This document shows, one piece after another, positions 19,827 through 30,132 of a DNA stretch of 64,000 nucleotides; the stretch's first letter is position 1, and the number at the start of each line of letters is the position of its first letter. The stretch is from NCBI GenBank assembly GCA_022822725.1, contig JAJEAN010000007.1:1125045-1189044 (forward strand), in the 5' to 3' direction. The notes beneath the pieces were generated by a model that saw only the letters and a list, made by a program, of their open reading frames with translations, was not told where the DNA came from and did no database searches. Source of the stretch: Candidatus Latescibacterota bacterium (GTDB lineage: Bacteria; JAAXHH01). A program made the translations under genes and the position numbers.

Positions 19827-21750
19827 CTAGTACCATTCCGTCCGGTGAGGGGTCCCCGGGAAGAAGACCGCGTCGACCGCCAGGGACAGGACGACGCCGA
19901 GGAGAAACCCGAGGATTGCTCCGGTGAAAAACTTCTGCGCCGTGCGGTACATGCGCACGCCGCCGATGCGAATCAATACGATCTGCAGGAGCCAGGCGAG
20001 GAAAATCGGCAAAAAGGCGTTCCTCACCACGCCGCCCACGTCCCCGACGGCCATGCCGACGGGATGCAGGGGCCACCACGTGAAAAACGCCCTGCCGGCG
20101 ATGACCAGACCGTTGATCAGCATGCCGGACAACAGAAACAGGGCTTCGACGACCCCGATCTGGGCGGCGTTTGTCGCCCAGACGATGGTGCGTCCGAAGA
20201 AGAACGTACCCAGGCCGCCGGGTTGGGTATAGAGGTTGTTGGCGCCTGCAGTATGGCCGGAATGGACCAGGGAGACGACCGAAAGCACGACGCTGACGCC
20301 GATGGCCAGGCAAATACAGCCAAACAACCCGCGGCCGCGGCCTTCCAGCCGGCTTTTCAGCCACGCGATGTGCGAAAAACCGACCAGGGTGAAGGTCCGC
20401 CAGTTCCGCGCGAAACCATTGGCCATGCCCATCACGTTGATGTCCCGCATCGACAGGGAGGCCGTTCCGACCAGCCCTACCGTGAAGTAGTTGGGTTTCA
20501 CGGTGAGTTCCGCCATGACCAGCCCGGATTCGGCCACCACCCGGGCGAGTACCAGGTAGAAGGTGAACATGACGGCGAGAAAGAGCACGCCCACCGCGAT
20601 GGAGAGCCCGGCGCTGTACAGCCACAGCACCGCAAACGCCGAACCGCCCGCAAGCCCGATGAGCGCCCACCGGTAGGAAAACAGTTCGCGTGCCTCTACG
20701 TCGTCCCGGACGGGCCGCCACGCCGCGCGCCACACCGAGGCCAGGTGTCCCCTGGCGATCCAGACCAGCCATGCCGCAAAGACGATAACGCCGCCCATGT
20801 ACTGCATGCCGGTCAGTCCCCCCTGCACCACGCTGCCGCTCGTGGAGAACATGCCCATCCTGCTCAGCAGCCCCTGTTCAAGCACACCGAATAGCTGGAA
20901 GAACCAGAGACTGAAGAGAATGTCGGCGGGCGCGAAGAAAGCGAAGGACAGGGCGTAGATGTTCAGGTACAGGGGTATGCCCGGGAAGTAGGGGGCGATT
21001 TCCAGGGTGGCCACCGCCCCCGGATGAATGGGCAGCATGGGCAGCGCGCCCGAGTATGCCGCGCAGTTCCAGGCCATGGCGGAGAAGGTGAGGAGCAGCC
21101 CCGCCAGAAAAAGCCGGCTGCCGCCGCGTCCGGTACGCGATGGAACCCGGTCCTCCCCGGATTCGCCGATGAGCCTCAGGGCCGCTTCCGCCAGGGGGAA
21201 CCGAAGACGTTCGTACTCCATCCACTGCCTGCGGAAGATCACCACGATACAGGCGCCGATCAGCAGGAGTGCTGCGAACAGGCAGAGCCACCAGAACACG
21301 GGGGTCATCCAGACCGACCACGGGATCCGCTGGCCCGGTTGCAGGCCTTCGTAGAATCGTCGGGCCGATTCGAAATCGCTCAGGTAGACCCAGTGGGGCA
21401 GGTAGGGCAGGATGAGTTCGTCCCACCGGTTTTCGGGCGAGGCGAAGTAGGCGGGCGCCGCGATGGCGGAAACCATGTAGCGGGTGACGCCCAGGTCGGG
21501 CATCATGGACGCCGCCCAGCCCATGGCGAAGACCGTGAAGAGCTCGGTCCGGGTCAGCGCCCGTGCCGGACAGCAGGCCCGGCAGATCAGGTTGGGCAGG
21601 AGTACGAGGGCGAGGAACGGGACCAGAAAACCGGAGGGCAGATGGGCGAAAAGCATGAAATCGTAACCGCCCCGGTCGGCCAGGTACTGCGTGCCGAACC
21701 CGATGAGGCCCGACAGGAGGAGGCCGATGCCGGCCGCCCTCAGCGTTACG
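19827..21750 (-). CDS. Large polytopic membrane protein of unknown function
   Basis: At least 14 predicted TM segments. The track ORF (to 21893) overlaps the upstream OYE gene by 80 nt, so the true start is internal and unresolved. The N-terminus encodes a PDR x4 repeat. Confidence 0.55.
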
Positions 21751-21755
21751 GGCTG

Positions 21756-21791
21756 GCGGTCCGGGCGGTCCGGGCGGTCCGGGCGGTCCGA
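21756..21791. repeat. 9 bp x4 tandem repeat (ggcggtccg)
   Basis: Encodes PDRPDRPDRPDR at the 5' end of the membrane-protein ORF. Confidence 0.8.
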
Positions 21792-21813
21792 AAAACCCGG
21801 GGATTCGCCGTCC

Positions 21814-23253
21814 CTAGGGTTCTGGCGCTGTATCCAGCATCTCCTTGTAGATGTCTGCGTAGATCTTGTCCCGCGGCACGCACCCCACGGCAAACTGGCC
21901 GAGTTCGTTGTGCTTACCGCGCATCAGGGCGGTGCAGTAGCTGACCGTGATACAGCTCTTCTTGCGAATCATCTCGCCGTGCTCGGCCACGTCCTTCGCG
22001 AAATCGGGATAGGCCAAGGCACCTCTGCCCGATCCCATGACGGTCACCCGGCCGTCCCGGATATTCGCAGCGCCCGCGTTGACCATGTACTTCTGCAGCC
22101 AGCTGTACCCGGTGCCCACGATGTGGAGTCCCGGATGTGCCGCGCAGAGAGCGGCGGCAGCGCGGAAGTGCCGCGCAACGCCGAACAGGGGATGTTCGGG
22201 GGCATCGTAGCCGTCCACCGGCGACCGCTCGGCCGGACGGCCCACGTGGGGATTGTAGTAGGGACTTCCCATGGTGGCGTTGATCATCTGGATCCCGGCT
22301 TCCTTGAGCAGGCCGGCCACGGCGACCGGTTCCGACAGGTCCTCCCGCAACGGATCTTCCGCGTCCACGCCGAATCCGGTGTGAAAGGGCACTGGATAGG
22401 GCGTACGGGGCGTGCCCGTGCCGGTATCCGGGTCGGTGGTGTACGGAATGCCGTCGTAAACGTTCATCCGGGTGGCCAGCAGAAACTCGTCTTCCGTTTC
22501 TTCGCGAATGCGTCCGATCACGTTCCGGACCAGCCGCGTCCGGTTCTCGAGACTCCCGCCGTAATCGCCTTCCCGGAGCCGCGCGGCCAGAAGTTCGGAG
22601 AGCAGGTAGCGATGGCACTGCTTGATATCCACAAAGTCGAATCCCAGTCTCCAGGCCAGGACCGCGGTGTCCACGAGGGCATCCTCCACCCGGCCGAGTT
22701 CGGCGTCCGTCAGCACCGGGTAGTCCGGGGTGACCGGTATCTTGCGCTTCTTGTCCACGAGGGTGACCGGATCGGCGGCGGGATCGTGGAAGGCGATCAG
22801 CGGCTTCCGGTAACTGTAACGGCCCGAGTGGGTCAGCTGCAGCCCGACCACCAGGTCGTCATCGCGGCCGTGGACGGTCCGGTGGGCCTCGCGGGTCTGC
22901 GCGAGCAGCGCCTCGAAGGAGGCGGCATTGCCATCGTGTAGCCAGAGCTGGCGGGTGTTCGCCCGGGCTTCCTCCATCACGGCCGTGGCCTCGCCCCAGA
23001 TCAATTTGGCTCCGCCCTCGCCGAACAGCCGCCAACGGCGGAACACCAGCTCGTCGGGCGAGCCGTCCAGATGTCCGTCGCAACCCTCCATGGGGTGCAC
23101 GGCCATGGAGTTGCCGATCGTGCGGTTCCCGAACCGAACGGGGCGCCAGAGCGGGTCGAGATCCTCGGTCAGTGGAATCTCCTCGTTCAAACCGAGGCGG
23201 TCTATATCCTGTTGCAGATCATCGAGCGAGCGGTAGCGAAAGTGCTTCGGCAT
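21814..23253 (-). CDS. Old Yellow Enzyme-like NADH:flavin oxidoreductase (2,4-dienoyl-CoA reductase-like TIM barrel)
   Basis: 479 aa; OYE-type barrel with extended insertions. Confidence 0.7.
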   Translation of the reverse strand: MPKHFRYRSLDDLQQDIDRLGLNEEIPLTEDLDPLWRPVRFGNRTIGNSMAVHPMEGCDGHLDGSPDELVFRRWRLFGEGGAKLIWGEATAVMEEARANTRQLWLHDGNAASFEALLAQTREAHRTVHGRDDDLVVGLQLTHSGRYSYRKPLIAFHDPAADPVTLVDKKRKIPVTPDYPVLTDAELGRVEDALVDTAVLAWRLGFDFVDIKQCHRYLLSELLAARLREGDYGGSLENRTRLVRNVIGRIREETEDEFLLATRMNVYDGIPYTTDPDTGTGTPRTPYPVPFHTGFGVDAEDPLREDLSEPVAVAGLLKEAGIQMINATMGSPYYNPHVGRPAERSPVDGYDAPEHPLFGVARHFRAAAALCAAHPGLHIVGTGYSWLQKYMVNAGAANIRDGRVTVMGSGRGALAYPDFAKDVAEHGEMIRKKSCITVSYCTALMRGKHNELGQFAVGCVPRDKIYADIYKEMLDTAPEP

Positions 23254-23329
23254 GTGTTCATCCAGTTCCTGTTTGATTCCATCGTATCACGCGGCCCGCA
23301 GGCCGCCGGTTGCGTTCATCATGCGATCA

Positions 23330-24406
23330 TCAAGGGACGGCGTACCATCGACGCAGCACCCGTTCTGCTTCCTTGTTCTGAGGACTGAATTCAATCCTGT
23401 CCTCGGTGATGCGGCGCGCGTCCGGGTACCATTTCCACACGAACATTCCCCGGAACCAGGGCACTTTGCCGACGGTCCGGAACAGGGCTTCGTAAGCGTT
23501 GACCTGCTCGTTCGGATCGACCTGGTGGACTTCCGGGTTGGCTTCCCCGCGGCGGTTCCGCCTTCTCGGCGGCCATTCCCAGGGCCGGATGGTCGACCCG
23601 GGAGAGTTCTTGTAACCGACTTCCGTGAAAAGCACGGGTTTGCCGTGCGTCTCGGCCAGCCGGCCGATGTTTTCGATATGGGGTTCCCACCCGGCCATGA
23701 TTTCGGTGACGCTCGGACCGTGCCGGCGGGTCAGGGGGAAGTAGGCGTTGACGCCGATGTAATCGAGGTGGGACCAGAACTCGACCACATCGTAATCCGC
23801 GTGCCAGTTCGCCGCGTAGGTAAGCCTCCCGTTGTAGACCGTCCTGATCTCCGCTATGAGCGACTTCCAGAATCCTGGACGGGACCGCACCGGATTGGAA
23901 AGTTCCGTGGCAATGCAGAGGATGTCCATGTGCTCCTCCTGCGCCAGTTCGGCATAGTGCAGGATGAACGTCCGGTAATCCGCCTCCCACTGCTTCCACT
24001 CCGCCTCCGACGTGAAATCGATCACGCCGACCCAGCCGTCGTCCACGGGCCTGGTCAGCCAGAGGTGGGGCTTGAGCATCAACCGGAATCCCTGTTCCCG
24101 GGCCTTCCTGGCCGTTGTCCGCAGTCCCTGGTCGGTCTCTCCCCAGAATCGTCCGCGACGATTCATGCGCACCGACGGCGTAGTGTGGTTCTCCATCCAT
24201 CCGAAAGGCGTCAGCGCCAGCCATTCAATGCCCATTTCGCGCGCCGCGGGCAGGGCGTCGTCCGGCATCTCCCAGCGGCCGCCCACCCAGGATACGCCTT
24301 TGTAGAAGTTCTCCAGCGCGAAGGGCGGTTCCTGTGCGGCTGGACGGTCGCACCACAGGACGGTGCAAGCCAACAATATAAGACTGAGGCAACGGATTGG
24401 CGTCAT
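23330..24406 (-). CDS. Secreted clan GH-A glycoside hydrolase (GH5/GH26/GH113-like)
   Basis: Signal peptide MTPIRCLSLILLACTVLWC; acid/base IATELSNP; nucleophile FTEVGY. Confidence 0.65.
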   Translation of the reverse strand: MTPIRCLSLILLACTVLWCDRPAAQEPPFALENFYKGVSWVGGRWEMPDDALPAAREMGIEWLALTPFGWMENHTTPSVRMNRRGRFWGETDQGLRTTARKAREQGFRLMLKPHLWLTRPVDDGWVGVIDFTSEAEWKQWEADYRTFILHYAELAQEEHMDILCIATELSNPVRSRPGFWKSLIAEIRTVYNGRLTYAANWHADYDVVEFWSHLDYIGVNAYFPLTRRHGPSVTEIMAGWEPHIENIGRLAETHGKPVLFTEVGYKNSPGSTIRPWEWPPRRRNRRGEANPEVHQVDPNEQVNAYEALFRTVGKVPWFRGMFVWKWYPDARRITEDRIEFSPQNKEAERVLRRWYAVP

Positions 24407-24416
24407 ATTAACGGAC

Positions 24417-24487
24417 CGGCGTTATGCCGATGAAAACGGCGTCATGCCGATGAAACGGCGTCATGATGAAACGGCGTCATGATGGAA
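24417..24487. repeat. Four tandem copies (16-20 bp) of the GH gene start-codon context
   Basis: cggcgt(c/t)atg(cc)gatgaaa(a) x4. On the minus strand each copy carries ATGACGCCG (M T P), the same start as the GH gene, creating short uORFs (MTPFHRHDAVFIGITPVR-stop and MTPFHHDAVSSA-stop). Confidence 0.8.
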
Positions 24488-24495
24488 CGCCCGGG

Positions 24496-25227
24496 TCAGG
24501 CGAACTGGTCCGTCCCCCTTGTGATGAGGCTGCCGAGGTCCTCTCCCCGGCAGATCCGTTCCATTGCACCGGGCGAGTTGAAGTCGAAAACGTGAATCGG
24601 CAGCCGGTTGTCGCGGGCCAGCAGCACGGCCGTCTGGTCCATTACCTTGAGATCGCGCTGTATGACCGAATCGTAACTGATGACCTTGTACCTGCGGGCG
24701 TCCGGGTTCTCCCGGGGATCGCTCGTGTAGATCCCGTCGGTGCCGTTCTTGGCCGAAAGCAGGACTTCGGTCCGAAGTTCCAGGGCGCGCAACACCGAAG
24801 GATAGTCCGTGGTCACGTACGGGTTCCCGGTGCCGGCGGCGAGCAGGACGATGCAGCCGCGCTCCAGGTGCCGGACGGCCCGGAGCCGGATGTAGGGTTC
24901 GGCCACGGTATTGATGGGAATGGCCGTCATGACCCGGACGTCGCCCGCCCCGCGTGAAGTCAGTGCGCCCCGGAGCATCATGCTGTTGATAACGGTCGCG
25001 ATCATGCCGATGTTGTCGGCCTCCGCCCGTTCGATACCCCAGTCCTGGCCCAGTTCGCCCTTGAAAATGTTGCCTCCGCCCGCTACGATCCCCACCTCGA
25101 CGCCCGCGGCATGCAGCTTCATGACCTCGCTGGCGATGTATTCGATGGCGGCAGGATCGAATCCCCAGGGATTTTGACCCGAAAGCGCTCCGCCGCTGAG
25201 CTTGACCAATACTCGTTTGTAACGCAC
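24496..25227 (-). CDS. pyrH: UMP kinase
   Basis: RVLVKLSGGAL, amino-acid kinase fold, 243 aa. Confidence 0.9.
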   Translation of the reverse strand: MRYKRVLVKLSGGALSGQNPWGFDPAAIEYIASEVMKLHAAGVEVGIVAGGGNIFKGELGQDWGIERAEADNIGMIATVINSMMLRGALTSRGAGDVRVMTAIPINTVAEPYIRLRAVRHLERGCIVLLAAGTGNPYVTTDYPSVLRALELRTEVLLSAKNGTDGIYTSDPRENPDARRYKVISYDSVIQRDLKVMDQTAVLLARDNRLPIHVFDFNSPGAMERICRGEDLGSLITRGTDQFA

Positions 25228-25236
25228 GGGTCCTCC

Positions 25237-26556
25237 TTATCGGTTTGCGGATAATTGGGTGCTGAACCGTACGGGATAGGGCGCCGCGTCTACCCTTCGT
25301 TTGAAGCGCGCGGGAAGGCTGTCCAGTTGCGACGCCCTCCTGCGGCCGGCCTCGGAAAGGTCCGGCAACAGACCGTCAAGGCGGCCGTTGCGAAGGACAC
25401 GGCCCAGCAGGGGTTCCCACTCCGGTGATCCGGACGGTTCGCCTTCCCGGGTCACCCGGTCCTCCGCGAATTCCCCGCGCCCGTCGCGCCGCCGCCAGAC
25501 CTGCTTGGCATAGGGCCGGGTCTGCTTCCCCTCGCTCAGTTTGAAAACCGGCCGCGTACCGGAAGGCGATTCCAGCGCGCACAGCTTGTAAACGCCGCTC
25601 AGGGTCGGCGCGTCCGGCGAGTTGACCAGTTCGTTGCCCACACCGAAGAGATCCGCGGGAACCCCGGATTCGACCAGCGAAGCGATACGAAACTCGTTCA
25701 AATCCCCGCTGAGCATGATCCTAGTATCCGTCATTCCCGCCTCGTTCAGGACGTCGCGAACCCGCCTCGCCTGCCCGGCCAGGTCGCCGCTGTCGAGCCG
25801 CACCCCCTTCAGGGACGGGCCAATCCTGGTCGCCAGCCTGGCGGCCTCGACCGGGTCGTAAGTGTCCAGCAACAGCGTGGTGCTCTCGGGGAAAACGCGA
25901 TGATAGGCGCGGAAGGCCTCCAACTCGCTTTCGAAGGTCATGATCCAGGAGTGGGCGGCGGTCCCGTAGACGGTGATGTCGAACTGCCGTCCCGCCTCCA
26001 CGTTGGACGTCCCTATGCAACCCCCGATGACCGCGGCCCGGGCCGCCAGGAGTCCCGCCTCGGGTCCGTGGGCCCGGCGGCTTCCGAATTCCACCACACC
26101 CCTGCCCGCGGCCGCTTCGACGATGCGCGCCGCCTTCGTGGCGACCAGGGTCTGGTGGTTTACCGTCGCCAGCAGGAAAGTCTCGACGATCTGGGCTTCG
26201 ATTAAAGGCGCCGTAATCCGAATCAGGGGTTCACCGGCGAAAACCACGGTCCCTTCGGGTACGGCCCAGAGATCTCCCGTAAACCGGAAAGAAGACAAGA
26301 AATCGAAAAAGCCATCCGGAATCCGTTGAAACGGCGGCAACGTCTTCAGATGAGCGACGTCGTCCGCTGAGAACCTGAGCGCGGACAGGTAGTCGACAGC
26401 CTGCCGCAGCCCGGCCGCGACGAGCCAGGACCGCTCTGCCGGCAGGTCCCTGACGAACAACTCGAAGGTGGCTCTTTCCCGGCGTCCGTTCACGAAATAG
26501 CCGGCCGCCATCGTGAGTTCGTACAGATCGGTCGCCAGCGAAGGCGACCAGTCCAT
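25237..26556 (-). CDS. pncB: Nicotinate phosphoribosyltransferase
   Basis: NAPRTase family (..LATDLYELTMAAGYF..). The likely start is MDWSPS at 26556. Confidence 0.8.
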   Translation of the reverse strand: MDWSPSLATDLYELTMAAGYFVNGRRERATFELFVRDLPAERSWLVAAGLRQAVDYLSALRFSADDVAHLKTLPPFQRIPDGFFDFLSSFRFTGDLWAVPEGTVVFAGEPLIRITAPLIEAQIVETFLLATVNHQTLVATKAARIVEAAAGRGVVEFGSRRAHGPEAGLLAARAAVIGGCIGTSNVEAGRQFDITVYGTAAHSWIMTFESELEAFRAYHRVFPESTTLLLDTYDPVEAARLATRIGPSLKGVRLDSGDLAGQARRVRDVLNEAGMTDTRIMLSGDLNEFRIASLVESGVPADLFGVGNELVNSPDAPTLSGVYKLCALESPSGTRPVFKLSEGKQTRPYAKQVWRRRDGRGEFAEDRVTREGEPSGSPEWEPLLGRVLRNGRLDGLLPDLSEAGRRRASQLDSLPARFKRRVDAAPYPVRFSTQLSANR

Positions 26557-26648
26557 CGGGCAGGAACCTATCTGGCGCATGTAGATCCGCCCCCGGAAAC
26601 CCGGCACTGCTTCCGGCGCTGACCCGGCCTGGCCGGCCAGGCTGACCG

Positions 26649-27923
26649 CTAAATCTCCGCTTCCAGTTCGACCGGTTCGTCGTACGCCACGCCGTCCACT
26701 TCGAACCCGAACAGCTGGCGGAAACCCCGCTTGTAGGCACCGTAGTCAGTCAGGGCACGGAAGTTGTCCGTCGTAATCGTCGGCCACACTGAATCGATTT
26801 CCCGCTGGACCGAATCGCCCAGTTCCAGGTCGTCGAGGCGGATCCGGTTCTCCTCGTCGAGCGTCGGCGTCCTGCCCGGGCCAATATGGTCGTTGAACAT
26901 CCGCACCATCTGGTGGATCGGATCCTCGTGCAGGCCCCGTTCCCTCATGATACGGTATAGCAGGCTGATGTAGAGGGGGACGACCGGGATCGCGGCCGAA
27001 GCCTGGGTGATCACGGCCTTGTTTACCGAAACCATGGCCTTTCCCCCTACAGATGACCGGAGCCCGCCGTCGATTGCTTTCGTCGTCTGTTCCAGGTGTT
27101 CCTTCGCACGGCCGATGGTGCCGCTCCGGTAAATGGGCCAGGTCAGGGCGGGCCCGATGTACGAGAACGGAATGAACCGGGCACCGTCGGCCAGCAACCC
27201 GGCGTCCAGCAGGGCCTCGCTCCACCGGTGCAGGTCGTCGCCGCCCATTACGCCCACCGTCCCGCGGATGCCTTCGTCCGATGCCGGTTCCACGGTGACC
27301 TCGCTGATGACCTCGCGGTTCAGATCGATGGTCTTTCCCACGTAGGTCTCCCCGATGGGACTGAGCACGGCCTGGTAGGTCTCGCCCGTGTCCGGATCGG
27401 TGCGTCTCGGGGAGGCCAGGCTGTAGACGACCAGGTCCACCTGGCCCAGCCGGGACGCGACGAGTTCCACGGTCTTGCGCTTGATCTCATGGGAGTAGGC
27501 ATCGCCATTTACATTGGCCGAGACCAGTCCGTTCTCAGTCGCGTACCTTTGATAGGCCGCGGTGTTATAGTATCCCGGCGTACCGCATCGGGTACCGCTG
27601 CTTTCGCGTTCGAAAAAAACGCCCACCGTGGCGGCGCCGTACATCGCGCCCGCCGCGATCCGCGCCGCCAGGCCGTATCCCGTCGACGCGCCGATCACCA
27701 GTACGCGGAGCGGTCCGGCGCCGTTTTTCCGGGTTGCCCGGCCGGATTGGTCCACCTGGCCGGACTGGCCGGTCTGGCTGGATTGGTCCACCTGGCCAGC
27801 CTGGCCGGGTCGGGCAGACCGGGCGACCTGTATCTGGGCGTTGACGTTCGAGGCGCAACCGGCGGGATGCGCCGTGGTACAGATAAAGCCCCGGATGCGT
27901 GGCTCGACGACGGCCGTGGCCAT
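26649..27923 (-). CDS. fabV: Trans-2-enoyl-CoA/ACP reductase FabV with a 20-residue Q/G-rich insertion
   Basis: Collinear with Vibrio FabV (RIRGFICTTAHPAGC .. VLVIGASTGYGLA .. YSLASP .. LTWPIY). An extra segment, GQAGQVDQSSQTGQSGQVDQSG, comes from a 36 bp x2 DNA repeat. Confidence 0.85.
   Translation of the reverse strand: MATAVVEPRIRGFICTTAHPAGCASNVNAQIQVARSARPGQAGQVDQSSQTGQSGQVDQSGRATRKNGAGPLRVLVIGASTGYGLAARIAAGAMYGAATVGVFFERESSGTRCGTPGYYNTAAYQRYATENGLVSANVNGDAYSHEIKRKTVELVASRLGQVDLVVYSLASPRRTDPDTGETYQAVLSPIGETYVGKTIDLNREVISEVTVEPASDEGIRGTVGVMGGDDLHRWSEALLDAGLLADGARFIPFSYIGPALTWPIYRSGTIGRAKEHLEQTTKAIDGGLRSSVGGKAMVSVNKAVITQASAAIPVVPLYISLLYRIMRERGLHEDPIHQMVRMFNDHIGPGRTPTLDEENRIRLDDLELGDSVQREIDSVWPTITTDNFRALTDYGAYKRGFRQLFGFEVDGVAYDEPVELEAEI
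27744..27815. repeat. 36 bp x2 imperfect tandem repeat inside fabV
   Basis: ggattggtccacctggccggactggccggtctggct and ggattggtccacctggccagcctggccgggtcgggc. Confidence 0.8.
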
Positions 27924-27951
27924 AGGTTTTTTCCCTTCCCGTTGTTGAAGC

Positions 27952-28797
27952 TTATGCTATGGGTACCGGCGTCGCGCGCCGTCCGTCGAAGGACATGGCT
28001 TCCCCGTAACCGCAGGATTCCGCAAGCGTCCTGACCCGGTCGAAATCCCGGCCGATGTCTTCCACCACGTGGGCGTCGGAAGCCGTCGTGATGGAGATCC
28101 CGCGACGGGCGCACGCCTCCAGCAGGGGGCGCTCCGGGTAGATCCTCCCCACGGGTTTGCGAAAGCCGGCCGAACTGATCTCCACGCAGAGCCCCTCCTG
28201 CCCGCTCACCTGTTCTGCAAAGGTCTCGTACAGGTCCGATATGTCGCCTTCGGGCATATGCCCCATCACCTTGATCAGATCCGGGTGGGACATGGAATCG
28301 AAACACCCGGTCTGCACGGCCTGTCCCAGCAGGCGGAAGTAATCCCGGTAGGCCTGGTCCACCGACCGCCGGTCCCACTCGTCCGCCATGGATGCCAGGT
28401 CGAATCCCCAGTCCCCGATCCAGTGCACCGATCCCAGTACGAAGTCCCATGGATACCCGTCGACGATCCGCTCGATGACCGGTTCCCTGCCTTCGATGTA
28501 ATCCATCTCGATACCGGTCTTTATGGGCAGCCCCTCCCGGCGCGCGGACTGGAGCAGGTCCACGTATTCGTCCATGTCGTAGAAACACTTCTCGTCGGAC
28601 CAGGGCCTGTCCACGATGTCCCTGGCCTGCACGAAATGGTACACATGCTCCGTAATGGCGATTTCCCGCACGCCGTGTTCGGCCGCCGAGGCCGCGAAAC
28701 GGCGCATGGTGTCCATGGGATCCGTGCCGTCCGGGCGGCTGTCCGGCGTCCTGCCAAAGGGATAGTAATTCTCCACGTGCATGTGGTAATCGAGCAT
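27952..28797 (-). CDS. PHP-domain phosphoesterase (HisJ-family histidinol-phosphatase-like)
   Basis: MLDYHMHVE.. ITEH .. SDAH metal-binding histidines. The likely start is at 28797. Confidence 0.7.
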   Translation of the reverse strand: MLDYHMHVENYYPFGRTPDSRPDGTDPMDTMRRFAASAAEHGVREIAITEHVYHFVQARDIVDRPWSDEKCFYDMDEYVDLLQSARREGLPIKTGIEMDYIEGREPVIERIVDGYPWDFVLGSVHWIGDWGFDLASMADEWDRRSVDQAYRDYFRLLGQAVQTGCFDSMSHPDLIKVMGHMPEGDISDLYETFAEQVSGQEGLCVEISSAGFRKPVGRIYPERPLLEACARRGISITTASDAHVVEDIGRDFDRVRTLAESCGYGEAMSFDGRRATPVPIA

Positions 28798-28912
28798 GGT
28801 TCGCCCTCGCAGACGCAGGAGGTCTAAAACGCGTAGAATCTGGTTGCGATCGCTGGTAATGATAACCAGTGGCCCGTGCAAAATCAAACCAATTCTGGGT
28901 GCGGCGTATGGC

Positions 28913-28941
28913 TTGACAGGGCACTTTCGGTGTTCTAATTT
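28913..28941 (+). promoter_or_regulatory. Candidate promoter for trmB
   Basis: Perfect -35 TTGACA at 28913-28918, a 17 nt spacer and a weak -10 TAATTT, 49 nt upstream of the trmB ATG. Confidence 0.3.
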
Positions 28942-28989
28942 GCCCGGTGAAGCGTCCGTTCGTACACCCCGTGCCCCATCGCCTTTTCA

Positions 28990-29634
28990 ATGGTACAAAT
29001 GACCTTTTCCTCCGAACCACGTCAATCCTCGGCCGTCTCACGGGAGGTGGAATTCCGCATCCGGGAAAACGAGGATCAGGTCCGATGGGACCGGTTGTTC
29101 GGTAACGAAAGCCCCGTGGAAGTCGAGATCGGCTGCGGCAAGGGCCGTTTCCTGATCAATTCGGCCATGGCCTTTCCGGGGATCAACTACATCGGCATCG
29201 AAAGGGCGTTGCGGTATTTCCGCATCATGAAGGAAAGGGTGGTCCGGCGGGAACTGGACAATGTCCGCCTGCTGCGCGACGACGCCGTGTATTTCGTGGA
29301 AAGATTCATACCCGACGGGGCGGTCTCGGCCTACCATATCTACTTTCCCGACCCCTGGCCGAAGAAACGGCACCGGAAACGCCGTTTGTTCAACACCCGG
29401 TTCCTGGAAGAGATCGAACGCACGCTGGCGTCGGAGGGTACCCTCGACTTCGCCACGGACTACGTAGAATACTACGAAGAGATCCATGCCCTGCTCGAAG
29501 CGTCGGACCGATTGGACGCGCTGGAGGAGATCCCTGAACGGGTAAGGGAACTGGGCCGCGACCTGACCAATTTCGAGACGAAGTATACCGCGGAGGGCCG
29601 GGCCATATACCGCGGGGCGTACGTGAAACCCTAA
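28990..29634 (+). CDS. trmB: tRNA (guanine46-N7)-methyltransferase
   Basis: VEIGCGKGRFL and the DPWPKKRH motif. Confidence 0.85.
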   Translation: MVQMTFSSEPRQSSAVSREVEFRIRENEDQVRWDRLFGNESPVEVEIGCGKGRFLINSAMAFPGINYIGIERALRYFRIMKERVVRRELDNVRLLRDDAVYFVERFIPDGAVSAYHIYFPDPWPKKRHRKRRLFNTRFLEEIERTLASEGTLDFATDYVEYYEEIHALLEASDRLDALEEIPERVRELGRDLTNFETKYTAEGRAIYRGAYVKP

Positions 29635-29650
29635 CAGAAAGGAAAGCTCC

Positions 29651-30109
29651 ATGCTTAAGGCAGGCGATCCAGCACCCGATTTCACGATGGAGGCGGACAA
29701 GGGCGGAAGCGTTTCGCTCAAGGACCTCAGAGGCAAGACGGTCGTGCTGTACTGGTATCCCAAGGACGACACGCCCGGTTGCACCCGGGAGTCCTGCGCC
29801 TTCAGGGACCATTACCAGACGTTTCAGAACCAGGACGTCCAGGTCTTCGGCGTCAGTTGCGACGACATCCCTTCCCACGAAAAATTCAGTGCGAAGTTCG
29901 ACCTGCCCTTCCCGTTGCTGAGCGACCCGGACACCTCCGTATCCACGGCGTACGGCGTGTACAAGGAGAAGACGAACTACGGCCGGAAGTACATGGGGAT
30001 CGAGCGATCGACCTTCGTCATCGACGGGGAAGGCCGGATATCCAGGATCTATCGCAACGTAAAGGTGGACGGCCACGTCGAGAAGGTGCTGGGCGAGGTG
30101 TCCGGCTGA
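29651..30109 (+). CDS. bcp: Thioredoxin-dependent peroxiredoxin Bcp
   Basis: VVLYWYPKDDTPGCTRESC.. (peroxidatic Cys) plus resolving Cys; 152 aa. Confidence 0.9.
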   Translation: MLKAGDPAPDFTMEADKGGSVSLKDLRGKTVVLYWYPKDDTPGCTRESCAFRDHYQTFQNQDVQVFGVSCDDIPSHEKFSAKFDLPFPLLSDPDTSVSTAYGVYKEKTNYGRKYMGIERSTFVIDGEGRISRIYRNVKVDGHVEKVLGEVSG

Positions 30110-30132
30110 AGGGCGCTATAACGAATACCGTG

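Noticed and set aside
19845-24433. Several 300-400 aa + strand ORFs (19845, 21024, 21691, 23252)
   Set aside because: All are antisense to homology-supported minus-strand genes (membrane protein, OYE, GH).
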